Assembly: GCA_964247055.1 (NCBI GenBank)
Contig: OZ176053.1
Location: 8,494,001-8,558,000 of the forward strand
DNA from: Paragordius varius
Lineage: Eukaryota; Animalia; Nematomorpha
Length of the DNA: 64,000 bases
Direction: 5' to 3'
Shown: piece by piece, positions 12,251-25,499 of the stretch
Numbering within the stretch: the first letter of the stretch is position 1
How the letters are laid out: every line of letters starts with the position of its first letter
Made by a program: the position numbers and the translations under genes
Notes under the pieces: generated by a model
What the model was told of the DNA's origin: nothing
The model's input: the letters and a program-made list of their open reading frames with translations, nothing else
Database searches by the model: none

Positions 12251-13209
12251 TATAACCCATACAACAAATTTTCAATTAAATAATGTATTGTTAAAGATAT
12301 AATTAAACTTAACTTCAGAGCGTCGAGCAATGTTAATTCAGAAAGCTGTTTTAATTTTCCATAAATAAAGGAAATTTTTTTATTTTTTGAAGATGTTTAG
12401 TATGTTGTTATAAATGACTTGTGAAGAAAATGTTATATATTCTTCAAATAAAATAGATTTGTTATATAATGGGTAAAATTACAATATAATCAGTTATTTA
12501 TCAGTTGTTTTTATTTAATTCAACTATCAGTGGAAAAATAAAACCACATATCCCATGACAAATAAAATTATTTAATACTTTGAATTATATTTACCGGTCC
12601 ACGTGTGACATGTAGCTCTCAATGTGCTTTTTATGGCGATTTATCATTTTTTTGATGTAGAGTATGAATATCTGCAAATGTTTTAAATAGCTATAAAATA
12701 TTCACCGATATCATGACCTTGTGACAAGAAAAATATTTTTATGGCCCTTTAATTTTTGATATTATTCGGCGGCATTTCCCATATTAGGTTAGCTCGGATG
12801 CCAGTGTATCTTTTCTTAGAATATTAGAAAAAACAGGTGAATCCAGGATCATTTATGTAGCAGAAATTATTCTTTTTTTAACGTTTTTCCAAAAATCTGT
12901 TAAAAGGGAACCATGGTTCTTCCGAAAAATGATTATATCTTATTATGAAGGGACTTTAAAATATTTGATTTTATCAAATCAATAGTGTTTTTTGAGAAAA
13001 ATTATCATGTAAAAAATATTTATTAGAAGTTAAAAATTTTGTATGTAATTACTTTTACAACAATTTATCCGGGGGTAAATTTTTTAGAAAACGTTTCTAA
13101 GCCAGAATTTTATCCAACCTTTTTTTAATAATTTTGTATAACAATAACCACCTAATTTTAAAATCATTTGGATTTAAATCAAATTATAAACATAAAATAT
13201 GTAGGTTAA

Positions 13210-13771
13210 CACTTCGATTCAAACTGGGGTATATAAATACCCCAGACATTTTAGTTACTATTTTCAAAAACTACTGAAGGAAACGCTCCCAATTTAAATT
13301 TATGCTTCTATCTTAATGAATATATAAATATGCCAAAATAGCTAAATAAAATTTTGTTTTGAAAAAAAGTCTATGTCAAACTACTTTGACGCCATTTTTA
13401 TTTTATAAAATTTTTCCAAAATATCGTATTCATTTAATTTAAGTGTAAAATTAAAACCAATTTATTACTTAGATTACATCTAACATTGATAGAAATATAA
13501 ACGGTTTATTTTGCATTCAATTTTACCATTGCACGCATGTCACGTTGACTAAATTTTTACCTTTCGGTTTTAGCTTAAAATAAGTAATATCAAGTATTTT
13601 TGAATAAATTTTTTTATATATTTCGGTTTATTAATGTTATATAAAGGCGAAATTTAGACATTTCTTCGATTACTTCCAAATTTTTTAAAGATTTAATTTT
13701 AAACAGGCCTGGGATATCTAACTACCCCAATTTTAAACGAAGGACTTAAATGAATGTGCTGTATCCAAGTG
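13210..13771. mobile_element. piggyBac-like MITE, tandem copy A (562 bp)
   Basis: TTAA|CACTTCGATTC ... CCAAGTG|TTAA; aligns along its length to copy B. Confidence 0.7.
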
Positions 13772-13775
13772 TTAA

Positions 13776-15326
13776 CACTTTGATTCAAATTGGGGTATCC
13801 AAATACCCCAGACAATATTTAAGTTGATATTTATTAAAAACTACTGAAAGAAACCGTTTCAATTAAAATTATGCTTCTATCCCAGGGCCTCTTAAACTTT
13901 TGTGATTCCCGAACCGATTTTCTTAACGACCCCAACAATTATAAAAGAAAAATAAATTAATATTTAATGATATAATTAGGTAAAAATATACATACGCATA
14001 TGAAAATATATATATTTAGAATTCATTTAAAAACATATAAAAATCTAAAATTAAAATTTGTACGAAATTAGAAATGTCTTTATTATAATTTCAAAAACAA
14101 AACTAGATTCTGACCGTCTTAATTTTCTCAAATATGTGCATGTTTTTTATTGCATATCAAGTCCAATCTTGGTCCAATGTTTGAAACCCCTGGATGTAAG
14201 ACCTCTTCAACATTTTTTATCGCTGAACGATATTGGGATTTAATGTATTTAAAAGCTGAAAAAGTAACTTCACATAAATATGTGGTGTTAAATGGCAGAA
14301 GTACATTTAACGCCATATCGGCGATTGTGAGAAATTCAGTTCTAGTTCCGATCCAGAATTCAGTCGAGTCAGGAGTTTATTTTGGAATTAAAGTTTAAAG
14401 TTTGAGTCACACGAAAGCTCAGCAAATTTCTCTTGAGCTTTAAGTGGCAGAGATCAATCTCACTTAAGCCAATCCAAAACGGCTTTTGAAATATGTCCGG
14501 AACTGTATTTCTAGCGCTTTTAAGTGATCTACAATAGTTTTTCCAATAAAAGTTTTACAATAAATTTTCTCAATTACAAAATTGTCGACACTGGAAGAGA
14601 TTGGCAAATTTTTTTATAAATTTCTATAACATCTGATTAGTAAATTTATAAAAGATACTAAATGATCGGAATACTGGCATAAACAGTCTTTCCGCAGAAG
14701 ATTTTATGATATATTTATCTACGATGATTGATATTTTTCTTTATACCAATAATTTACTAGTTAAAAAAACTTATGTTAAACTGTATTTTTATCACTCTCG
14801 ACCCCATAATTTTGATACGCGATCCTAAATGGGGTCGCGACCCATAGTTTAAGAAGCCCTGTTCTATCCTAATAAAAATTATATAAATAAGCCGAAACCA
14901 AAAAAATTTAATTTTGAAAAAAAAGTTCCATATCAAACTAGTTCGTCGCCATTTTTATTTTGCGACAACTCTGCAAAATATCGTGTTTATTTAATTTTAA
15001 AGCCAAGACTAAAGCTAATTTTTATTTAAATCCCATCTAACATTAATAAAAACATAAAAAGTGGTTTATTTTGTATTATTTTAAGATTTAGCTAATCCAC
15101 ACTTGTCATGTTGACAAAATTTTTACCTTGCGGTTTTACCTTAAAATAAGTAGTATCAAGTATTTTTGACGAAACATTTTTGTATATTTGGTTTACAAAT
15201 GTTACATAAGTGCAAATTTTGTGGTTTTAATTTATTCAATATTTTTTGAATTATTTAATTTTAAATAGTCCTGGGGTATACAACTACCCGAATCGAAGGA
15301 CTGAAATGATGTATTGTTGCCAAGTG
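13776..15326. mobile_element. piggyBac-like MITE, tandem copy B, interrupted by a hAT element
   Basis: Starts at the TTAA shared with copy A (aagtgTTAAcactt) and ends CCAAGTG at 15326; removing the hAT insert plus one TSD leaves 564 bp, matching copy A. Confidence 0.7.
13883..14861 (-). mobile_element. Non-autonomous hAT (Buster/Charlie-like) element with transposase C-terminal remnant
   Basis: TIR CAGGGCCTCTTAAACT / AGTTTAAGAAGCCCTG (1 mismatch); perfect 8-bp TSD TTCTATCC (13875-13882, 14862-14869); minus frame EFWIGTRTEFLTIADMALNVLLPFNTTYLCEVTFSAFKYIKSQYR matches the hAT dimerisation domain. Confidence 0.9.
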
Positions 15327-15383
15327 ATTTATGCATGTGATTCGCATTTATTGTGGAATTCAAAACAGCGGATTATTTAAATT

Positions 15384-18300
15384 ATGAATTCTAACAATAG
15401 CTCTCTGTTTAATTTTGATACCTTAAATGCGTATACAGAAAATAATTTTTAGGTCAGATTACACATTAAATGCAGGAAATGCTATATCATCCAAAAAAGT
15501 TTTAAAATCACTGAATGATTATCAGAAAGTTTTAGTACATTTTAATATTGTAGGAGTTAAATAGATACGAGTTGGAAAATGTTGATTTGAAATACCAACT
15601 ATATGAGTTAAAAAAACAAGTAAAAGTTATATACATTGTTTAGAAAACTAATCGTAAGGAAGTAATAAACGATCTTCTGACACCCAAAAGTAGTGACTCA
15701 TTGTTATTCCGCAACCAACCTTCAAAAGTATAAATAATATTTAAAATAGGTATCATTCAAAAACTCTATTAGTGGAATATTTAATGACAACAATAATACA
15801 AATTTTTCTTCCCAGACAAACAGTATTTTTAATATTAAAGTTTTTAGATAATGTTTTACAAATCGATAATTTACGAATGATGTGGTCAGATTTTAATTTG
15901 AATGTCAGTTTTGACAATCCTTATCGGGTACAAGTTTTTGAGGAATATAAAAAACTCCAAATCGCTGCAAACAACATTAAAGAAATTATGAATAATTACA
16001 AAGGTATGGCTCCTCCGCTACCTAATTACAATGAAGAAGCTTTGGTTGAAAATATAAATACTTTAGCTATAGAAGAAGGTGGAGACTATTATAAAAACGA
16101 CGATGATTATTATTACAAGAAAGATGATGATCATCAATTTAATCCAATTATTAAGATGATAAATACAGAGACTCAAACTGAGACTACTGAAAATCTATTT
16201 GCGATTTCTCCAATCGCTAATGAAAAAAATAGCGATCACTTAACTACAATAAATAAGAGTCAGATGATTTCAAATGATAGCTTTGAAAATACCAATATTG
16301 AATCTCCCATTGATAATGGCAACGAAAATAATATAATTTACAAACAAAAAATTATATCACTTACCAATGTTTCGAGCAAACTATACAACCACTTAGTAAA
16401 ATTAATCCAATATTACCAACAATTGATGGCAGCTAATAAGACCCAATCTATCTCAATGAGTGAAGACTTAAGTTTCAATTTTGAAGAAACTTTTGCTAAT
16501 ATAACATCCGATATATTTTCTGGTTATAATAAAAATCTATCTAAAACAACCGATTTTAATAAAAATTCAATTGGTACGGATAATAATGAATCATCTGTAT
16601 TTGCGTCTGACATTTCTAATGATTTAGTTCAAGCCTCTAAAATAATTAGGGATAGCGTATCCTTTCTCCAAAACAGTGAAACGAAAAAGCTAAAAAACCT
16701 ATCCCTAAACCAATGTGAAAGCAATGATATAAATCAACCCCATGATTTAATAATAGCTGATTTAACAAATCATGAGACAAATGATAAAATTATGATAAAT
16801 AATAATGATTTGAATAGATATTTAATATCATTACAGCTTCTTGATGATAAATACGATCATTTTTTTGAGGCATGCCAGTCAAGCTTGCAAATGGACGATG
16901 AAAATTTGGATGTTTCTAAATTTTCAAATATATGTCAAGGAATCGAGTTTTTCCTGCAAGGTTGTATGGGAATCTATGCAGATTTAGAGGTATTATCCGT
17001 TGAATAATTAATTTTTGGATGAAAATGTATTAAAAAATATCAACGAGAAGAGAACATATTTTAATGAGCCCTTCTAATATCTAATTATTATTTTTATTAT
17101 TATGTTAAAATTGGTACTATATTATTGTTCTGGTTATTAGAGTCATACTATAGATTCGGATGAAGGACAAAATGTGTTCAACAAAATTAACTCCCAACTC
17201 TTGATTATCTTACGACAAAACTGTGAAGCTTTTAGAACAATTTTTAATGACTATAAATGGCCCTTCTTGCGCGGTAAGAAAAAATAATATATTTTCCATT
17301 TCTTAAAATGTAGTTTTTTATTACAAAATATAGCAACTATTGGATCTATTATATATACCATATTTCCAAAATTAAATAATTGAGAACCTAAATTAACGTT
17401 TCGCTATATATCCTTTTATAATTTTAAACCTTTGTTATCAAATATTTTTATTAAACCTTTTTGAAAACCTTTTACGACAATAAAGTATCTTGAAGGTGCG
17501 CATCCATTTATAAGTATTTTTGGGTTAAGGTGAAAATTCTGATCATCCAGATGAAATAAAGCGGGTAGGCATAACGTTTTTATATAATCATCTGAGTTAT
17601 AAAAGGCACCTTTTACGGGTGATTTTTAATATTTACGGATGGTAGGTTGGGAAACCGTTCGAGGTGAAAATTCTACTATTGCTTTCACAACTGTAGTTTG
17701 AAGGTTATTTTTAAATGTGTTCACCATTTGTATCAAAGGTGGGATATACAGCTTGGAATTTTCTCGATCCCCAAAACCATGTCGTGCCTAAATTTGTTGA
17801 TGGATGGTATAGACATATCTAATTTATCAACTGCTTCCGAGATGGATTCTAGGCGATTAGAAAATATCCTGCATGCCTTTTTTATTTTCTCTTCCGCCCT
17901 GAAATGAGAATTTTTATTATAAATTATATGCCTCTTTGACGTTGGCTAACTAGCATCTCATTAACAACCGTTTCATTTTTTACAGAATTATTCAATGTAA
18001 CCTAAAATTATAATTAAAAGTGACTAAAGGAGTCGTTTCATAATATTTGAAAACCACCAATTGTATTTTCGCAAATAACTAAATTAGATTCTTCCGAAAT
18101 TGAGTTTTTATCAAAATTGTAAGAGTTGAGAAATTATAAATATTTGGTTCTCGAGGAGGTGGTTCTTGATCTTAACCTTGTGTTATAGATAAATCTGGTA
18201 GATTTGGTGTTTAAGGTTAGCTAATTTCATTAATATCTATGTAGGAAATGAAACGAATGTTAATGAGATGACAGTTAACCAAGGTAAAAGATGTATTATA

Positions 18301-21300
18301 TTGTGTATAAGAAAGATTATAAATTATGGTCGGAAGAAAAAATAAACAAGGCATAAAGGATATATTCTATTCCTCTAGAAAATGAACCATCTTGAAAATT
18401 AGTAGATAAATTGCATATGTCTATATACCAATCAACAAATATAAGCGTGACTTAGTTTTGAGTAGTGAAAATCCGGAAGACAATATAAGTCAAACAAATA
18501 ACTATGAAACTACAGTTGGGGAAATAATACAGGGATTGCCATAATTTTAATTTTTCCCAACCTACTATCCGTAAAATATAAAAAGAATCAAAAATCACTC
18601 AAAAAGGTGCATTTTGGAATCTAAAGAGAAAAATCTCAAATGGTTATAAAAAAAGTTAAAAATGCCCGCTTCTAATCAGCCTCAACCACACGAGAAAACA
18701 ACCCAAAAATATTTAATGAAACGCCCCTTCAAGACAATTTCCTGCCGTAGAAGGTTTTTAAAACGGTTATACATGAAAAAGTATCGCTTCAATATATGAA
18801 TAGTTGAGGGAGTCGTTAACTTCGAAATCATTACGGGATACTTGGGGGGGGGGGGGCATTTAAATTTTTTTGGATGAAATTATACCGCTGTTGACCGAAG
18901 GATCATATATCATGTGCGATTGCGTTAACGCACTGATACATAAAGCTTGTTGCTTAAGGGGAAGGTTATTTTTTCTATCCCCTATTCCCACCAGCTAAAT
19001 CTAATCGGTTTAATATAATTAATATTAATATATTTGGTATCAAACTATAAATTATTTTTTATGATATAATAAAATAATATGCTGGACTAATTTAATTTAA
19101 TATCGCTGTAGCATTTGAGAGCTTAGAAAAAGAAAATGCATTACTCAACGATCAATTGCGGGAACTAAATGGGGATAATAAATCACTTCATGATTTACTA
19201 ACCACTTCGAATGATCGTTACACTGACCTCATACATCAAACTAATACTTTGAATACCACATCCAATTCAATTAATAAACGGGATTTGGAAAAACAGATTT
19301 ATGCTAATGCCCATGAAATTATTAACAAGTTTATTTTACATTGTTTTTCATATATGGTTGTTTTTCTCACAATCGATTTTTTTCGATGTAGTGAATACGC
19401 TTGTTAAATTATAGGCGGGCCACAAATGCGTGGGAAAATTTATAAACAACACTGAATTTTATTTTTTGTTCTATTATTTTATAAATAGGTTTTAACATTA
19501 TAACCGAGAATTTATAATTTTGAATAATTTTTGTACACGCTTGTGCCATTATTATTAAACTTATATTTTTATAACTGTAGATTTATTGATAAAGTTCAAA
19601 CGGCCGAACACAATTATGAAAATCGCTTTGAAAATTTGCAGTCAATTTTGCAAAAATACGGCTCATCTATCGGCTTCTGTTCACAAGAATTGGACCGTCT
19701 CAAAAATACATTTGAAACAAAACTTATCGAAATTATCTCAGAAAAACGAAAAGAACATGAATATTATACTCATTTGGAGCAAAATTTGAAATTCAAATAT
19801 CAAAAGTATGTCATAAATAATAGTTAAATTACAAATCTAATTTAAATTTTATAATTAGGGGTTATATATAATTTATATTTTGTTTTATATCGATAGCGTC
19901 AACAAATTAAATAAAACGCTCACACTAAAAAATCAAGCTTTAGAGAGGCATGTTGCTGAATTGCGAACTGAATGTGAAATGCAAAGTATAATCATTATAA
20001 GAATTATTTTAGATTTAGAAAAAAGCATAACAAAATCATCAGCTCATGATAACAACAAAAGTAATACCATTGATAATATTTCATTATCACTCCAACAAAT
20101 GACAATTGGTACTTTTTTATTTAATACAGTTAAAATTGAAATTATACGGACAAAATGTAACTATATGAAAACAATTATCTTTTCTAAAAGACAACCATAC
20201 TTTTAAATCTTTTCATAATTTTAAATATAACTGACTGTTTTAAATGAACAGTATAAAATAGAGATGTAAATTGGTAACACAATCCATTTTGTATTATATG
20301 ATTGTAATTAAATGATTTTTATAGGAAACTGTTAAAAAAAATCTTTATATTTTTGCGTTCCGTATAATTTCAATTTTTGGGAAAATAATTATATATTTAT
20401 AATTTAATGTTGTATTTAGAATCGAGTTCAAGCCTTTTAGAAGAAGAATTAAATGAGGTATTTAATGTTCTATTTCAGTTAAAAAACAAATCAATAAAAT
20501 CCTCATATATTTGGAAAACACAATAAATATAAAAGCTCACATTTTTTGCAGTTTTGACTTTTTACCAATAAAACATTAAAAGATTGATAGTGTTGCCTTA
20601 AGAACTAAAAAAATGCTGTTTTAAGTGAAAATGTTTTGTTTTAGATGAAAAAAGGTTTTATATATTATAAAACGGTATTTACATACGCATTATCAGCCAT
20701 ATTTTCATTACACTTTATATAATTTTTTATAATTATCTTATTATACATTATGTAATTTCATTTAGAATATTACCCGTGACCTAAGCCAATACACTATATC
20801 TTCGTCTACTCGCATAGAAAATATGAGCCTATTGAACCCTAAAAATTACATAGAAAAAGATGAATTTCTCATAGAACCAAAAGATTTGACCAAAAATATA
20901 TCTCATCAAAAAGACACCCCAATACAATCTTATACACCAAAAGACGATATAATTAACTCGTCAAAATCAATTAGAAGTAGTATAAAATCAAATTCAACTG
21001 ATAATATTTTACAGCATTCTGTAAAAAAGGATGCGGAAATTAACATAGAACCCAGGATAATTTTAAACAATAAAGGATTAAAAGGTAAAATCGTTCGTTT
21101 TTGAAATAATGTATGTATCACTTTACTATCATGGAAAGTTTAAAGATTTAATATCGTGGTAACATTTTTTTGCACACTTTGTTTAGATAAACGGAATATA
21201 ACTTGGCCACTAGGAAAGAAAACGCCTGAATTAATCCAATTTAAGCCAATACCTTGTATAACAAGTATATAATATTTTAAATCGGAAATGGTATTTAATT

Positions 21301-21879
21301 AATCACCACTTGTGATTTCATGTGTGAAAATACTATAGGGTTAAAAATTGTCATTATGACATAAATAATATCTCGACTTTTGCCATGTCATTATTAAAAT
21401 TTAATTTAACTAGAAAGTCTAAGCGATGTTTTACCGTACAATGTTGATTCTGAGGATGAATGTGCAAGTATTGACAACCCTGTTGATGAGAATCAAACAT
21501 TGAAAGAAATAGTAATAGTAAAAGCTGCATGCTTTTTAGCCCACACAAAGTATCATAATGAAACCCTAATTAAACTTCAAGCATTCTGCCATAATCTCAT
21601 TCAAAAAGTAATGTTTCTCAAATCCTAGATCATAATATGTGGATATTACCTTTATTAAATAGGCTATTTATTTAAAAACTATCCTTAATTGGGATATTTA
21701 CAAATATGTTTTGTGCTGTTTAGAATCATCCACATGAAATTAGTTATAGGTTACATAATATACATAACATGTTTGTGAAATCGGAATTATTACTTTTCAC
21801 CGAACCTATATGGCAAGGGACAACCGTAGAGTTAAAATCCTATTTTAAAGGGAATCTACTGGAACAGGTATTCATTTAG
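15384..21879 (+). CDS. cnn: Centrosomin/CDK5RAP2/myomegalin-like coiled-coil centrosome scaffold
   Basis: ATG 15384. Splicing five micro-introns (15431-15452, 15529-15553, 15620-15643, 15728-15749, 15823-15847) gives SLNDYQKELNRYELENVDLKYQLYELKKQ, aligning with CM1 (NMKDFENQITELKKENFNLKLRIYFLEER), and joins the large exon of the 15772-17007 ORF. Phase-compatible exons follow at ~17141-17273, 19111-19328, 19581-19805, 19896-20108 (27-nt intron 19986-20012), 20420-20457, 20766-21084, 21187-21266, 21414-21607 and 21724-21867. The C-terminal EISYRLHNIHNMFVKSELLL resembles CM2. The last stop is at 21879, or 21909 if a 21-nt intron is used. Confidence 0.7.
17455..18768. repeat. Old diverged foldback (two ~520-bp inverted arms) inside a cnn-like intron
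   Basis: 17455-17990 is the reverse complement of 18245-18768 with many substitutions (e.g. aaatgaaacggttgttaatgagatg vs aaatgaaacgaatgttaatgagatg; tttcccaacctaccatccgtaaa vs tttcccaacctactatccgtaaa); ~250-bp spacer. Confidence 0.8.
20127..20233. mobile_element. Short Tc1/pogo-like MITE (family C)
   Basis: TA|CAGTTAAAATTGAAATTATACGGACAAAA, shared with the termini of the 35496-37682 element; weak inverted end near 20233. Confidence 0.4.
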
Positions 21880-22661
21880 AAGTTTTAGAACTTCCTTTAT
21901 CAATTTTAAATTTTAATATTTGCATATGCTCAGAATAAAAAGTTGAAGAAAACTATCATGGAAATTAATAAGCAACTTAAGGGGGCTACCACTAGAAAAC
22001 ACAATTTGGAAAAGGGTATTGCCAAGCAAATTCATTTTTCAGAACGAATACTCTCTTCGATTAAACAATGATATTTATATTTACTAAATATTATTAGAAA
22101 ATAAATTAACGTATTATCATCATTACATAACACAATTCGCAGTAAACCTCTATAATAAATTAAAAATAACGTCTCGATTGAGAAAAAATCTGTTTCATGG
22201 GTATATTTTTGATCCAACTGCTTTTTAATTTTTGAAAATGTTAATATGGTTAGAAGTATATAATTTATTAATTATTGTATCTGCAACACGTGTCAAAAGA
22301 AAATCACATTTGTCTGGTACTAATTACCTTGACCATATTCAATTTCTCGTATTAACTTAGTAACCGGTTAAATAGGCTATCATATAATTTTTATTTTTCT
22401 GTCTTATATTTAATTTTTTTTCTATTATATTTAAAATATTAAAGTATATTTTAGTGGCTATTCATCCACAAAAAAATAAACTTTTATAAATGTGTTAAAC
22501 CGAAATGATATCACACCAAAAACCCTGTTGAAATTGCTATTTTGTCCTATCGCGAATCTCATTTATATATATTCAAACGCTACATGGGAATCGGTGTGGA
22601 TTTTTATAATTTTATTTTTTCATTTTAAAAACATGTTTAATTTTAATATCACTGTTTAGAT

Positions 22662-24016
22662 CAGGGGTATCCAACAGGTGGTTGTAGAGTCACTTGTGGC
22701 TCTTTGAAAATTGTGGCTCTTTAAAAAAATTTGAAAAAAAATATTATTTTGCAAAAAATTAAATTTTTGTGTGGCGATGTAAATTTTTTTAAAAAAGTAA
22801 AAAAAAATTTAATTTGCATAAATTTTTTTATAATATTTTTTATTATTTTTCATCACATTCATTTAATCATTTATTTCCTTTACAATCTGAAAATCTCTAG
22901 AATACTTGCCACTGGTAAAATGTTTTTGGTATTTATTCAGTGAAAGAGCCATATTTTAAAAAACCCGCATTTCTAATATAGCAATACCCATATTATGTAA
23001 TAAATTACGTATTCAAAATATTTACAATTGGTAAACTTTTTAGATAATTATTTAGTTTTCTAAATATCTTGGGGAGCATTAAAAAATTAATTTAACATTT
23101 GTCGATCTTATTACTTTTATTATATTTTTAGCATATTTAAAAATTGGTTTACTAACTTTAAATGTATTTAGTAAAAGCTAAATATAAGCAGTAATGATTT
23201 TCGAATGGCAAAGCTCTGTTATAATTATGGTCTGCATTTATAATATTATCAAATCCAATTAATTTTCTCAGTGATATTTAAAGAAAAATTTGACAACCTT
23301 ATTTCATTCGTCAAATCCACTCTATAATTGCTCTGCAATCGAAAAATATTAATTTAATTTATTGAATTAAAATTTTTTGTTAACATTTATTCAAAAATAA
23401 TATCTCCAATTTGATATAAATATACCTCAATAAATCTTTAAATTGTTGATGCTTAAAGCAGATGATTATATAAACTACCACATGGGTCCTTGTAAAAGGA
23501 ATATGTTTAAATCCAGTTAATATTGATCTTTGTTAGGACGTTGGATTTTATTCTATTATGAAAGATTACTCAGTAGCTCATACAAATATTTCTAATTATT
23601 TAATATATTTTAGAATTGCATCCTAAACACAGTTAAGCAGAAATTTAAGTGGGGTAATCTTAATTTGTCGGAAAAAATTCATCATTTTCTTGAATAGAAT
23701 TTATTGTGATATATTCTCTATTTGTGCTTTCATCAATGGCAGATATATTTGAAAAATTAGGTAATTTGTCCATGCATTTCATCATATTTTCTGTTTTTAC
23801 AGATATTAGTACAATTTAACAGCATATTCAGCAATATTATATTTTTACTTGTTATTTATTTGAAAATTAACACATTTATATATGTTTATATAATTAATTT
23901 ATTTGATACTTATGCCTTGATTATATATATATATATGTATATATATCAAAAATGTCGCTCTTCGGATTTTTGAGGTCGAAATGTGGCTCTCCAAGCCATT
24001 TGTGTTAGACATCCTG
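22662..24016 (-). mobile_element. Decayed hAT (Charlie/SPIN/GTF2IRD2-like) transposon
   Basis: CAGGGGTATCCAAC ... GTTAGACATCCTG termini; perfect 8-bp TSD GTTTAGAT (22654-22661, 24017-24024); minus-strand remnants ISAIDESTN (cf. SIALDESTD) and KHQQFKDLL (cf. NHRQFKxLL). Confidence 0.85.
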
Positions 24017-25359
24017 GTTTAGATAATAGTTCCAAGATTTCAAAATAAAATCGCTCAATCATCTAGGTTTATATTTTATAACGTATTGATTTGTGTGCAT
24101 TGATTACAAGGCTTTATTATATCTCATCAAATATCAAGTCAAGGTCCAGCCGACAGCTGTGCATTGCTGAGTGCTGCACTGGGTGTTTCCTGCCATTTCT
24201 AAAATTTCCGAGACAGCGTAGCAAGTATGTGGGTATTTGTGGATAAATAAAATACAATTTTAAATTCAAAGTACCAGGGGTGTACTAAAGGGGGGAAAGG
24301 GCCTGATGCACCGGGCGCCCAGGTTAAAGGGGCCCCGGATTAAAAAAATTTTAATATTTCAAAAAAAAAGGTATTTAAAAGTTATTAATTTAAATAATAT
24401 TTTAAAAAACACCCATTTATGAGTGGTCATGACCTTCAATCTTGATTGTTTCATATCCTTATTTATTATATGTCATCACTTTATCTTCATGTGCCTATTC
24501 TTAACCTTCCCTTATGGAACCTACCTTCAAATATTTAATTTAAATCACCAAAGTTTTAGATATAAGGATAAGATCATTATTAATTTTATGTTAATGTAGT
24601 CTCAAAATTATATATATTGTTGATCAATGCCACCCATTATGTTAAATTTTTTTAAATTTTAACTGATATTATAAGAAAGAGCAAATTCCAAAAAATGTTG
24701 TCTATTTTTCCTTTCCCAATTTAGGGCATGTATACATTCTACATACATTATGCCGTGCTTTTTTCTTTTTCCTTTTTTTGTTTCCCTTATAACCATTTTT
24801 GCTGCTCAAATGCAACTTTACTCTTTTCTTCTTGAAAATTAAAATATATTTTTTCATTAGAGAGGTGTCAAATATGAATATATACTTATTTGGATACATC
24901 TATTTTAAAGTATTTTTAATATTAAATGAACCACACAGATTAAAGTATTTTGACATATGGCCATCAAATATATTTTTTAAATCACTATTGATAAGTGAAT
25001 TAGAGTTACGTTTGAACCGGTTATGGGCATTTTAAGTTATAATTTGTGTATCTAATGCCTCAAAAAAAAATTGAGATTTTTAATTAAAATATAGTAAAAC
25101 CGTTTTAAAACTTATTGTTCATCATTAAATAAATATTACAAGAACCGAAATATAGAAAAACTGACTTGGAACAGGACTCTTAAGCGTTCCGTTTTAAAAT
25201 CCCGTTTTTTACTATATTAAAGCTTTAATATTTTTAAGTTTTATTCCAATCGTCTCTGTAGTATAATTTCTAGAATAAGATAGGATGATAATGAATCCCT
25301 TTCATTAAATTAGTATTTCAGAAATGAATAAACTTAGCGGTTTTCAAAATAAAAAAACG

Positions 25360-25428
25360 AAAATTGAAAGAAAATTATACTGTACAAAAATTGAAAGAAA
25401 ATTATACTGCACAAAAATTGAGAGAAAG
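25360..25428. repeat. 27-bp tandem repeat (2.5 copies)
   Basis: aaaattgaaagaaaattatactgtaca, aaaattgaaagaaaattatactgcaca, then a partial third copy. Confidence 0.85.
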
Positions 25429-25499
25429 GTTGCAATCATTTTTGAAAATGCTAATAATCATAATACCAATTTTACTTTACTGCGCAACAACGGCGGTCT

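Noticed and set aside
15772-17007. 411-aa ORF as a stand-alone gene
   Set aside because: Its start reads through a micro-intron in another register, and it has a donor at ~16990; it is an internal exon of the cnn-like gene
18843-18856. Poly-G run as a G-quadruplex regulatory site
   Set aside because: Single run within TE-like intronic debris; no supporting context
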